Shown here: piece by piece, positions 25,771 to 38,811 of the stretch
Layout of the letters: each line of letters begins with the position of its first letter
Position numbering within the stretch: the first letter of the stretch is position 1
Assembly: GCA_964247055.1 (NCBI GenBank)
Contig: OZ176051.1
Location: forward strand, 9,176,001-9,240,000
Reading direction: 5' to 3'
Source of the DNA: Paragordius varius
Taxonomy: Eukaryota > Animalia > Nematomorpha
DNA: 64,000 nucleotides
Translations under genes and position numbers: made by a program
Notes under the pieces: generated by a model
Told to the model about the DNA's origin: nothing
The model's database searches: none
The model's input: the letters and a program-made list of their open reading frames with translations, nothing else

Positions 25771-27126
25771 TTAAATTAAGAAAAACCTTGATTATGATTT
25801 TATATTTTTGGGACTTTTGTGCTTTCATTTGTTAAATTATGTATAAAGATGAAAAAATGGCCCAATTTAAAGAAGAAAAATTTTTGAGTTTTGTAATATT
25901 GATGCTATTTTTGCTAAATAACCCGTATATAAATATATTAATGACTCATATGAACCTGGCCGATTTAAAGAGATGAGGAGCATCGCAATCATATAAAGTT
26001 TTGGAGCTGACATATCCTATAGTTAAAAAAAAATTTTAAATTTATCTTAATAACAAATATTTTTACCTGTGGAATTGGATAAAATAAAAACAAAATGTAA
26101 AAATAAAAATATTATTTTTGATAAAGACTAAATGAGTGTATCAGGTAAACAAAATAAAATAACCAATCAGAATAACACAAGTATTAGTAAATAAAATTAT
26201 TTGAAATTGTTGTGTCTGAAGATATTTGATTTTATACCATATCGACTATAATTTATATAACGATAATATAAAAATCAAAATCAGAGATAAAGTTACAAAA
26301 TATTTATATTTGCCTTATAATAACAATTGCATAAATGTTGTAATTTTGTAAAATTAAGAAGCATTATTATTCAATGATCATTTAGCCGCATTAAATTATA
26401 CACAGGCTATTAATGATTTTGGTTAATGGCTAAATGTGGTTTAACTTACATGTCAGTTACGTTTGTGAGAATCATTTTTAGTCACATATTTAACTTAAAA
26501 CTCTATTTTTCTCGGCAATTTTTTAATATGAACAAAAACGAAATATTTATACATGGCAATCGACATGTAAATTAAATTACCTTTTATCTATTTAAATATC
26601 AGTCAATGGACATTCAAAACTCGCAATAACTATGACATAAATACCTGCCTCATAAGCGTTATTAAATTTAATGTTGTATCGTTATTTTAATTGATTATAT
26701 ATTCTTTATTTAAGAAATCAGACTTGTGAATAAAAAATAATATTGGTTAATACACATAAATTTTTTGTTAGCAAGGTGCATAAAACAATGGTTAAACGAT
26801 TTAGAGAAAACAATTTTATAGGCCACTATCTTTTGGGGTAAAAGGCATCGTTAGTGCTATCCAATATGTTTTGTGTGGACCATTCCATTAACGAATATTT
26901 GTCTTATAATATAGGCATTTTTGTGTTTTATAAAACTTCATCAACAATGGAAATTTAAATTTGGCCAAATAAAAAATTGTTATATCTTAGTGAATAAATA
27001 ATTATAATAATATCCTTGATTTTTTTCCATATTTATATAAGATGGCAATTTTATATCACGCATAAAAAAGGTAAATGTAATATTTTGGTTTCATGCACAC
27101 TAATAAATTATATAAATAATAAAAAG

Positions 27127-28050
27127 CGGGGCTTGGAACCGCTTCAAAAAAAGTGAAACCAGAACCGGATCGGTTCCTGAACAAATGGAACCGGAACCGC
27201 ATTGGTTCTTGAGAATTTAAAAATAGAACCGGGCGGTATCTGAAATTTTGGAACTGGAACCGGGGTGGTTCCTGAACAAATGGAATCGAAACCGCGTTGG
27301 TTCCAGGTTTCGAAACCGGTTTTTTACATTTAGAACCGGTACCATTTTCTGTTCCTGACTTTTGATTAAATGATTTATAAAATTATATTATAATAATACA
27401 ACCAAAATATTAACATTTAAAAATCAATCAATTTATTATAAATTGCCAAATATATAGTCAAAGATAAATAGTGTAGCATAATAAATGGAACAAACTATAA
27501 ACTACAATAGGAAAATGTATGAGTACAAAAAAATGAGAGTTAAATTAAGTATGGATCTAAAATAATTTAATTTAACTTTAAAAAATTATTGGACCAAGCA
27601 ATTCGCTGGTTAAACTGCTTCTCAAGTCTGAATATACAAAGTTAAGGGTGAAAAAACTGCTTTCAACGGCTATATATACGAACATATGTATTATACATAA
27701 ACTCGAGTTATGACTATTAGTTTTTTTAGAACAGTTGAATCGCGAGAGTATCGCTAATATAATATTAGGAGCTTAATTTTAAGTTTAAAATATGTAATAT
27801 ATAGTAATTATTAATTTAAATAATAAAATTAAATTTTTATAATAAAAATCATATTGAAATCAGTAATTAAGGGGGTGCGGAACCGGGTTGGTTCCTACAA
27901 ATTTATGGATAGAACCGGGGTGGTTCCTGAAATTTTGGAATCGGCACCGGGGTGGTTCCCGGGGAAGTGGAACCGGAACCGCGTTGGTTCCATCCCAATG
28001 GAACCGGTTTTTTAAAAATCGCAGGAACCGGGTTCCGGTTCCAAGTCCTG
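27127..28050. mobile_element. Non-autonomous hAT element with GGAACC/GGTTCC subterminal arrays
   Basis: TIR CGGGGCTTGGAACCG / CGGTTCCAAGTCCTG; exact 8-bp TSD ATAAAAAG at 27119-27126 and 28051-28058. Confidence 0.9.
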
Positions 28051-28599
28051 ATAAAAAGCAAATAATTCTTTTTATTATTTTTAAAATATATGTCAATTTT
28101 TCCATATTTGACCAAAATAAATATAGCGTTTTCTTGTAGTATTAGGTAATATTTGAATATAAATAACAATTATTTCCACTAAAATATATTTATTTTTTTC
28201 TCTATTTTTGTATAGGGTTCCTATTAAGTAGTATGAGAAATGGGATTCCAATATCTTTTAATAATCAAAATTGTTAATACAAAACTCCTATTATTTAATA
28301 TCTATAACCAAGAATATAGGGTTTAAAATGGATGTTTATAAATCTTATATTATTGGATGTTAAATCTTCAGGATAATGAATATCGAAATTATTAATTTGA
28401 TTATACTAAAATAGTTATTTTATGGTATTAGCCAATCTATAGTATGCAAGTAGTATGTGTCATTAAGACCTTTTAATTAAGATTATAACTTTTTTCTCAA
28501 GAAAACTATGAGAATCGTTATTGCACTTTGACCTCATATTTGTTCAAAAAAATGGGCGATTATGCGGTAAAGATTATGAAATGTTTTTACTATCATAGA

Positions 28600-29030
28600 A
28601 TAATATGCAGAGAGAAATCTACGAGCTTTCGACGATTGTTTCCAAGCCGATATTTGTATACAGATTCTTTTATTCTGACTAGGAAGGGTTTGTTCAATAC
28701 TAAAATGCAATCAAGGGTCATTTGAAAAATGGTTGGTTGGATCACCATCGGTAAATAAAACAAAGTATAAGATGCGCTATTGCATCCAAATCAGCCTAAA
28801 CGTTTTCTAACATATTAACTCTTAAAACCAATATGGCTAAGGGCTAATTTCAAAATTGGCTCTGTTATACTCATCCTATTTATGAATGAATTTTTCTTTA
28901 AGAAATTCAAACGGGCTCTGACAATTAAAATTGTCAATAACTCCAATTTTCAGGTAAGATGATGATTCGGTCATCTATAAATATAACTTAGCCCTCGCGG
29001 CATATTCCTCTAAATAACACTCTTAAAATC
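28600..29030 (-). mobile_element. Possible decayed hAT C-terminal dimerization-domain remnant
   Basis: A minus-strand frame reads ECYLEE...SPFEFLKENSF...PILKLAL with internal stops; resemblance only. Confidence 0.3.
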
Positions 29031-29569
29031 GGTTAGACTGAATATTTTACACTGCTGCAAAACCAATAATTATTTACCATTTTCAGTAAATTATTGGTAA
29101 TGAATTTTATTAAACATATGATACCTTAGACATATTTCGATAGATATTAAAAAAACTTCAAAGCGCTCACACGTTTTCCAGAAACATAATCGAAACCAAG
29201 GTTTTTTAAATAACCCATTACAGGAGGCTCCTGAAAAACTGAAAAAAAAACAATTCACCTTTTAACTAAATAAGCTAACATGGGGGCAACACTGAAAGAT
29301 TTCATAAAATCAGCCATACCCTTTAAGCATTTATAAATTAAAAAATTAGATTGTGCCCCCACGTTTTCTGGAAAATTACGTTTAGCCTATATTTTACATA
29401 GAAAATAAATAACAAAAATATTGTCTCAATAGTGTGGTAATGTTTATTTGGACTCCTTAATAGTTGCAAAATATAACTCAAATATAATAAATTAATTGGA
29501 ATTTTAAACTTCAGATTTCTTGGGAGGAGAACGTTTGGGATATTCTAAAAAAACATCAACAATAAATAA

Positions 29570-31020
29570 TCGTTATATGATGGTGTATAGGGCATAAAGG
29601 CCCCAAATTAACGGCAAATAAAAAAACCTGACCTTAATTTTTACCTAGTTAAGGGTAATATTTCAAGCTTTTAATGAGCTCATATGGCTTCATAGATTTT
29701 GTGTATATTGGCTCCACGGGTAGCTCCTCAGAGGCAAGTATAAAAAAACGTTGGGTAATTTTTGCGGGAATATCTAAAATTACATGGGTTTTTTATTCCT
29801 ATAAGATCTTAGAATTATTGAAACTAAAAATTTGTTCTATGGTGGCGCATTTTCCAGGAAGCCTGATTAAGGAGTAATTTAATAACGCTTTACTTAAGTT
29901 TTTGCCTTTTAACGAGTCATATAAGCCCTTATTGAACTGAATCTATATGGTGGGGCAGTTGTAGGCGGGTACACTACCCAGAGGCCAAAATAAAAAAGGC
30001 GTTTGATAAAATTTGTTGCCTTCATAGGGGAATAGCTGGAATCACTATTCATTCCACATGTTTTAAATAGTTTTTGGAAAAATGGCTTCAAAACTAATTA
30101 ATTGTTCAATGATAGCGCATTTTGGGCGTAAAGGACATAATTAAGGGCTAATTTAAAAAAAAACCGCTCGACCTAAATTACTGCCTTTTTACCGGTAATA
30201 TTTCAAGCTATAATTAAACTTATATGGCCTGATAAATTTTCTGAAAAATACCTAAACAACCAATTTCGCAATGATGGGAGGCTGATGCAAAAAAACTCTT
30301 GATTAAAATTTTTGCCTTTACCCGAGAACACCTGGGATTGATTCCATATGCTCTCATTAGTTTTCAAAAAATTGTTTCAAAACAAATCATTATATGGTGG
30401 TGCAATTTTCAGGGTGTGAGGAGCCTAATTAATGGCTAACTTTAACAAATCGCAGACCGAAATTTATGCGATGTTAAGGGTAACCTTGAACTCATATTCT
30501 GATATGTTTTCTGAATAGCCCCAAAGGCATAATATTTCAATATGACGGGGCAGTTTTTAGCGGGTATCTCTTTACCCAGCAACCAATATAAAAAAACGCA
30601 CGACTAAAATTTTTGCCTAACAGGGAATTCCTGGAATCCTTATTGAATTTTCACGGTCTCATACCTTAGCGGAAAAATAGTACAATCTATTATTTTTGTT
30701 TACTTTTTTGAAAAAAATGGCATTTAATGGGGGAGCGTGGAAAAAGAGGACCTAAATTAAAAAAGCGTGACTATGATCGGCGCAATCGAGAAAAAAAATT
30801 ATATTTGAAATCGAATGGCCCAACACGTTTTCCGGAAAATTGTCTCTAAGGCACGATTTTTGTGGACTTGTGTTTTCAAAAAAACCTGTTTTTTACACGG
30901 GATGGGCCCAAACTGGGGGCCTAATTTAAAAAAAGGGCGAAACTACTGACGCATTAATGATTATATTTTTTCGGCATTTGGATTTGTGTCTACCGGTTCT
31001 ACAGAGACAGATCACAAAGC
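29570..31020 (+). repeat. Dispersed unclassified repeat with ~300-bp tandem units (copy 3)
   Basis: 29570-29900 is the reverse complement of ~13850-14120; 30620-31020 matches 7560-7950. Confidence 0.8.
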
Positions 31021-31888
31021 CATTATTTTACATTATAAATATGTAGATATACCTTAGAAAAATATTTATTATTAATTATTTTACAAATTAAGGTGGTGAA
31101 AAAAGATTTTTAAATATATGGAATGGATTAAAACCATTTTAAACTTTTATCTAACATTAAAGCAATACTAATTTAAATTATTTATGGATAAACTTGAAGA
31201 AATTCATAGGACATATGTGCATTATTAAATTTTATAGTGCGAATTACATTTTTCTCTCGATAATAATGTCGTGATGTCCGGGATGTATGGGGCTTAGTTT
31301 AATATCCCAAAACTCAATCTTGAAAAACTAGAGTTTTGAGTAAATTTAAATATTAAACATTGTTCTCCTGTATTACATAAATGAATCTCTTTTTAAAATC
31401 TAAAATTAGGAGACCATAAACGTAACAGCCGATTTTAAATCAATAATATCATTTTTGCTGGTAAAGGCAATATGAAGTACTAAAGTAATTCTTTACATTT
31501 ACATAATATTTTATTTGCCCTTTGTATTGGCAATTTTAAAAATTAAAAGAAAAAAATGGCGGTGAAGTTTGATCTAAGGATTAAAATTTTATTTTTTTAA
31601 AGATTTAGTATAAATCACCTGAAATAAAGAAGGCATATTATTAAATTTTACCTATTATCCCAACACTCAACACTTATAGGGTAATATTATATCCCATAAT
31701 GATTTATTGAATATAAAAAGTATTTAAGCTATTAGGCCGATTAGGCACATTTTTTATTTTTTAATGTTAAATTTAAAAAATCCTAATATCAAAGTTTTTT
31801 ACCACCATTTTTTCCATAGATTTTTTAAATCACTAAACAGGCAAATAAATGTATATTATGGTTAGAAAACGTACTTAATTAACTTTAA

Positions 31889-33635
31889 CACTTCGATTCA
31901 AATTGGGGTATCTAAATACCCCAGACCTTTTTCAAATTAGTGTTTTTAAAAAACTACCCAATAGAATGGCCCTAATTTAAATTTATGCTTCTATCTTTAT
32001 AAAAATTATATAATTAAACCAAAATAACTTAGTGAAATTTAGTTTTGAAAAAAATCTCATCTCGAATTGGTTGGCGCCAGAATTATTTTTGAATTTTTTT
32101 ACTTGAATGCACAATCCCACCTCCTGTAAACATATCATTTAAAGTATTTTCCGTTACGAAGCACTTATTTTGTTGTTTTGGAAGGTTATTCAGATAATTT
32201 TGATAGTAGCAGAGATTATAATGTGGATGACTCCTCATCTTCAAAGTCAGGTATAAAATTATTTTATTTAGTTTATATTGTAATGGAAAATCTAGCAATC
32301 CAATATAATTCGTTTTATCCCCGGGCTGAAATCAATTATCTAGGACCCACTTACAACATTTATTATAAACTATGACGTAAAAAAATTGATTTGATGCCTT
32401 TTTAGGTATATTATCTATATACAAATTTAGGTATCTTGATTGCTATGGGCTTGCGCAAATCATACATGGTCCCTTAAATAATTTTTTTGGCTTTATAACG
32501 GTTTGCAATAATATTAATGTGCCAAAAAGGTATATATACTTATATATTCTACAAGGTGCTATTTGCGTCGAAGATCTGTTCACAAAAAAAATATTTTGCC
32601 AAGCATGTCAACAGAAAAACAATTATTTATTGCGATCCTCTTAAATTGTTTGCAAACTGTGAAAATAATCTAAATAAATTATTTGGAATTAAGATTTTTT
32701 TTATACTATATTTATCGATCAATGCTTAATTGGAATCCGTTGTGATTATCCTTCTTGACAAATCTCATTAAAAATAATTTATTTTAATGTGCCTTGATCC
32801 AAGCTGAGACAAAACAAGATCGCTTTAGGAAATTAAATACTTGGATCAAATTTAACTAAATACCTATTAAACGACCTAAATTTTGAAGGGTTTAAAAATG
32901 AGAAATTAGCATTATTTTTTAAAAAATCACAAAAAAATAATCTAATAATTGGCATTAAAATAGAAGTGCCCGGACCCTGGTAAGTTTCACTGATCTAATA
33001 AAAAACAATTTACTTCTAACAGGCAAAAAGCAAGTTTTGATTTATTTTGACGTAGAATAAATAAAAATACATGATTAGATATAAAGCATCAAATATAAAA
33101 TTATTCGGTAGATATTCTGAGAGATCAAGATTTATATAAATTTTGATGACCTGTTGACAAAACCATCTTGGTGTATATGATTCTGTTCTTTCATGATATT
33201 AATACTATTTTATAGTAAACCTAAATCTTCAGAAAGTACGTGGAATGTTTTCAATTTAAGCAAGTCTCTTTACAAATTTTATAGGACTAATTTTATAGTT
33301 TGTACTCGAGATTCAATAACTCTCCAATATCCTATATAAGGATATTCAAGTATATGTCTTTATAAGCCTATGAATTAGAAAAACTTACTTTTAAAGATTT
33401 TTTCTTTCTTTTATGGCGATGCGAGACATAAATAATAGATATTTGTAAATCGATTGTCTGAAGCATGTAGAGACTTGAATTAATATGTAATTTTCCTGTT
33501 GTATTTAGTCAATTAGCTATCAATAAATATAAGCGATAGGACTTAAAAAAATAGGTGTTTAGTAAATTATTTGCTTTACAAAGGCCTGGGGTATCCAACT
33601 ACCCCAATTTGAATCGAAGGACTAAAATGAATGTG
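31889..33635 (+). mobile_element. piggyBac relic (deleted, decayed transposase)
   Basis: TTAA|CACTTCGATTCAAATTGGGGTA left end; TACCCCAATTTGAATCGAAGGACTAAAATGAATGTG|TTGA right end. Internal frames include an acidic DNFDSSRDYNVDDSSSS stretch, LGILIAMGLRK and IFIDQCLIGIR, resembling PGBD motifs. Confidence 0.7.
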
Positions 33636-34065
33636 TTGAATCCAAGTGTTAAAAGGCTTGTGGCCACAGCATAACTTGATATATTTTATTAATAGCGGTT
33701 CGTTTGATAGGTCTTTGGAGCTGTCCCAAAAAACTCAGTTAAAAAACTTTAAAAAATAAGTCGTTTTATCCAATACATGAGAACAGTTAGATATATATAT
33801 TAACTAAACCTTCAATGCTGTAGTTTATTTACGAAATCGAATTTGGGATATTACTACACCAAAATAACTAGAAGAAGTGAAAAGGAAATAATATTCGAAA
33901 TTCAACACTCCGAAAATAAAACAACCCTAGTGTTAGATGTGATCATATTTATTAGAATAAATACGATATTAACTAATGGCATTAAAATGGTTATATATAG
34001 AGCCTTTTCATTTATTTACATTTAGATATTTTGGTCTTTTTGATTTGAAATAATTTTTATTTTAG

Positions 34066-37000
34066 ATGTCTGGAACATTTAATTACAATTGCAAGTCTCG
34101 ACTTGATTACTCAGAATTGCTGGTGTGGCCGTACAGATTTATCAATATTCATGCATATACAATATGATACTTTAATTGCCCCAGGATGATTTGATTAACT
34201 TGCAAAAAATGAAATGGTGTTAATGATACTCGTTTTGAATTTGCTTTCCATTCGGACATTAGATGCTTTTGAGGATTTATCAGCTCATAATATATCCTAT
34301 TTTAACAATAAAACCCCATCTGTTATTATATTAGATGGCACTAACAAATCGGCTCAAGTATTGTATTATATATATGAATAGATTCCTTTATCTGTTATAA
34401 ACAACTTCTTTAATTCTTTAACACATTTTATTAATTTATATTGTAATTTGCCCGATTTGTGTGATACAGCATATCCCCAAACTTTAAATTTAAGGTTGTT
34501 TTATATAGATAATTATCTAGCATCAACAATGTTATCTGGCAAACCTTTCCTATTGGACCATATAAAAAATATATTCGATTTGAAGTTATTGCTGCTAATA
34601 ATTCAATACCTATACGGGCTATACAAATGATTTTGTCCAGGAATTCGGATGTATTAGAAAGCATCATTGGTTGCAAAGTATGTGGCACATTTTTTCCAAA
34701 CATTTTGTACAAAAAGTTTTAAATATACCATTTTTCATGCAAAAACATCATTTTTTCAACCAAATGCAACATTTTTTCAACCAAACGCAACATTTTTTCA
34801 AGCAAAGACATCATTTTTTCAAGCAAACGCAACATTTTTTCAAGCAAACGCAACATTTTTTCATCCAAACGCAACATTTTTTCAACCAAAGACAACATTT
34901 TTTCAAGCAAAAACAACAATTTTTTAGAAATTAAAAACCATTTTTTTTATTTTAAGACATATTAAATTTAAAGTTAATGGAAATTAATTTTAGCGTAGAA
35001 TTATGATTTTTATTATTTTATCATAAATATGTGATGGTATGATTGATTTTCAAACAAAATTTTGCCCATAATTGCATTATTTATATTATTTTATTCTTTT
35101 AGAACTTTAGTTTAACCTTATCAGTCCATACATTTTGCGCTTCAAAATTGTCCTTGAAAATTTAAAGTTGGTCCTAGAACACTTCAATTTGGTCCTTCAA
35201 TATTTTAATTTTGATTCTAACTTTTATTAATCAAGCAATATTATATTCATCTATCCTATCATTAACCTATTTTCTTTATTTCCTAAACTTTTAAGGGAAT
35301 ACCATTTCTTTCATAAGAACCGTATATCAATATTATTTTTTATAAAAAATTTAACATTATTAAACATCTAGGATTTGTGGGTTATTAATCGTAATATTTA
35401 GTTTAAAACATCAATAAGTTAATAATATTGATTTAAAGAAAATTAGTTTGAAACAAATAAAGATGTTTTTACTATAAAAATATTATTTTTGATTCAAATA
35501 CTAATAAATAAAGATATTAGTTTAAATTAAAAAAAAATAGATAATTACATACGAAAATAACGGTTGTTTGCAAAAAAATGAAAGAAACTTTAAACAAGAC
35601 ACTCTTAAAGCGCAAGTTGTATTTATTGATTTAGTGAAACTGTTGTAAAAGAAAAAATATAATATAAATAATGCAATTATGGGCAAAATTTTGTTTGAAA
35701 ATCAATCATACCATCACATATTTATGATAAAATAATAAAAATCATAATTCTACGCTAAAATTAATTTCCATTAACTTTAAATTTAATATGTCTTAAAATA
35801 AAAAAAATGGTTTTTAATTTCTAAAAAATTGTTGTTTTTGCTTGAAAAAATGTTGTCTTTGGTTGAAAAAATGTTGCGTTTGGATGAAAAAATGTTGCGT
35901 TTGCTTGAAAAAATGTTGCGTTTGCTTGAAAAAATGATGTTTTTGCATGAAAAATGGTATACAAGCTGTAATGTATTTCACTTATAAAAGATTCGTTGTA
36001 TTTAACTTTTGCAATTTAATGGTGATGCAAACCATTATCTTTCGTATACATATTGTATAGTTTTGTTTTTTGCTCCACAAAATTCGTTGCAAATTAACTG
36101 TTTATGCACAACATATAAAATTGAACCGCTGTTAGGTCACCATGATTCAGCCAATAAATGGGTATAGATGGAGTATACTTTTGTTGATAAATTAACAATA
36201 TATACATATTAGTATAAAAGGACTTTGAGTTTAATCAAACAAATTTACGATATATGATTTAAATAATTTAAATTTTTTACTATAAAATGCTTACCTTATT
36301 GAAATAAAAAAGTAAACAAGTAAATGGTGTATCGTCGGAAGATTGTCGGCCACCTGCCGTCAAGGCAATCCCTACCAACCCGTAATGCATTGAGCTTCAG
36401 AACGGGGAAAATATAAAAAATTTTACAGCCTGATTCATACTAATAATATGTGATCATATGTATTTAGATGACTTAAACTGATTCTAAATTTTGATTTGGA
36501 TTTAGTATCAACCAATTTCTGATAGTCAGTTTACCTATTATTTTTGACCATTTCAAACAGCAAGTTTGGTTCTTTCCATAAGACATGTCTTTAATGATAA
36601 CAATTTCATCTTTCAGATGTGATTATTTCTGACTTTTATTTCAAAATCTGATTAAATGTTGTTATTTTAATATGAATTATTGTATCCGGTGACATATGAA
36701 TTGGTTATTATTTTTTTGTTAAAAAAACGTTCAGGACAAAATACAATAATATATTTATGTTATGTGCCAATTTATTTGTTCGAACGATATGTAATGATTA
36801 TGGCCATGTATTTCTTTCATATTGTATATAGCAGTTTTTTTGTTGATTACATTTACATATGTAACGACAAATACAACCCTTTAACTATTAAAATTTTATT
36901 TGAGATGTCATATAAAATTTTATTATGTTTTTTAACAGATAATCCTTCCACAAAAATCTTTTTATACGTTTGCATTTTGGGTTTTGCCTATAGTGGCAGG

Positions 37001-38541
37001 ATTTATCTTTTTCTTGGTCCTGGCTTCAGTTGTTCTCATATATCATTTATGGAATCCGACATTTGGGTATTATTTATATCATGTTATGTCAAACTTAGAA
37101 TTTAGGATTACTACTTATATAAATTATTTTACTTACACCATCAACTAAAATTGTATATAGACAAATGCAAACTAAAAAGTGATTAATAAAATGGGTTTGT
37201 CATTAAACAGGAGCTCTTCCGAAATCATATGCTTACATTAAATGCGTTTGACGCCAGTTTTGACATATGCTATAGATATTTGGCGTTAAACACAAGAGAA
37301 TCGATTTATGAGAGCAGAAAATCGTACAGTACGTTTGATGTTAACCCAACTAACTTCCATACCCTCTTTATTTACATAGGAATGAAGACAATATATAAAT
37401 TCTGCTATATTCATATTTTTATAATAACCCATTTAGTTTGGAGGGAATGATCTTAACCATTTTCGTTATTTGGACAAAAGATTTAACTGCTAAAACAGAT
37501 TGTATTGCTAAAGAATTGTAATGCCAAAAAGTTGTATATATTACGACGTGTAAATGTTAAAACCAACAAAACCCGATTTATATTTTTTGTTTAAAAATGG
37601 AACTAAGTTGCAGAAAGTTTTTCAGTAATTCAAATAAATATATATATATATATATATCTTTTAAATACGAGAAAAATACATGGCTTAATATCTGTATCAT
37701 GACCCTTTATCTGAGAAATATTGGATTCGTAAATCTGCAAAAAATTTAAATTTCTTCTTTGTTTCCTTTATAAGGAAACACTTGCAATCCAATTGTATGG
37801 AAGTTGTAATCAGCTCAATATCTTAACGAAAATCTTATTACAGGAAAAAGATCAGCGTAAACATTTAGCCGCTAAGCTTATTATATGTTAAAAATTAGCC
37901 CTAATTTTAAGTTATAATCTATGATGTTATCTTGAACCCATTATAATGAGCCAAAAAAATTCAAAAATAAATAAATTTTATCATTTTTTTTATTTTTTAT
38001 ATATTTTTGTTTAAAAAGATGTTGCCGCAAATGACCCATGTATTTTATTAAAATAAGATCAATATTAAGGGTATTCACTATATATTGGATAAAAGAATAG
38101 TTCAATAAATATTTGGTGCTTCTACCAATATTTACATAATTATACACAAATATAAAGGGTGAATTTAATAGAAAACTGGGATTTTATTTAGAGGTATGCG
38201 AGAAATAAAAAACCAAAATACATTTTTATTTTAGCATTTTTATTGCAAAAAATATACAGTTTAGAGTCCTTTTTTTTCTTTTTTTTATTAAAGGGTATGG
38301 ACTTAAATGTATCCAGACATGTGAAGGCTTTAACACTCGCCTGATATGGCAAACATTAAATTAAATATTTTCTTCCTGCACATATTTTTTATCTCATAAT
38401 AACTTTACCTTTTTACTTATGCGTAGGAATAAAATTATGGCAAAATATTTGGGCCGCGATGAAGGAACTAGTCTCATTGTAACTACATCCCCAACTGAAT
38501 CTACCAATGTCATACCATCGGAAATGAAAATTGCTGCTTGA
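34066..38541 (+). pseudogene. Possible degraded or poorly assembled multi-exon gene for a single-pass membrane protein
   Basis: Exon-like blocks with splice sites: 34521-34677 (INNVIWQTFPIGPYKKYIRFEVIAANN...IIGCK|GTATGT), 36939-~37082 (hydrophobic FWVLPIVAGFIFFLVLASVVLIY), 37211-~37339, 37775-37856, 38427-38482. Upstream parts contain stops and frameshifts, and the overall structure is unresolved. Confidence 0.35.
34726..35959. mobile_element. Foldback element with near-identical ~310-370-bp inverted arms containing 21-bp tandem repeats
   Basis: TA|TACCATTTTTCATGCA ... TGCATGAAAAATGGTA|TA. Unit AAACGCAACATTTTTTCAA(G/C)C occurs x9 in the left arm and x6 in the right arm; the centre holds a degenerate CACTTCAAGTTGGTCC-family MITE. 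Confidence 0.9.
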
Positions 38542-38713
38542 TAAATATTATTTAGCAAAACTATATATGGCATATGCGGCAAAATATAGTAGTTTTGTAA
38601 ACACTATGCACAATTTTTTTTTGTAAAATAACGTTTCCATTTATATATATATGTGCATTGACACAAAATAGTCTCTTCAAGATTAAGCTGATACAAATTA
38701 CAATTATTGATAT

Positions 38714-38717
<4 letters not shown>

Positions 38718-38753
<36 letters not shown>
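38718..38753. repeat. (TA)n microsatellite in the presumed CDA 3' UTR region
   Basis: Uninterrupted TA run ~60-95 nt downstream of the CDA stop. Confidence 0.95.
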
Positions 38754-38757
<4 letters not shown>

Positions 38758-38811
38758 ATAATATTAATATATAAATATTAGAAAAAAAGATAAAAATAGC
38801 ATATAAAATAT

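Noticed and set aside
27860-28169. Three overlapping Gly/Pro/Arg-rich ORFs
   Set aside because: They lie in the GC-rich subterminal array of a TSD-flanked hAT element.
34360-34520. Ultra-short 24-26-nt GT..AG introns that would repair the candidate membrane gene
   Set aside because: Confident introns in this window are at least 70 nt, so stops/frameshifts or assembly errors are more likely.
34667-34934. Repetitive ORFs (FFQPNAT / HFFKQTQ / EKMLRLL) on both strands
   Set aside because: They arise from the 21-bp (multiple of 3) tandem arm of a foldback element, which is mirrored at 35820-35959; not a protein gene.
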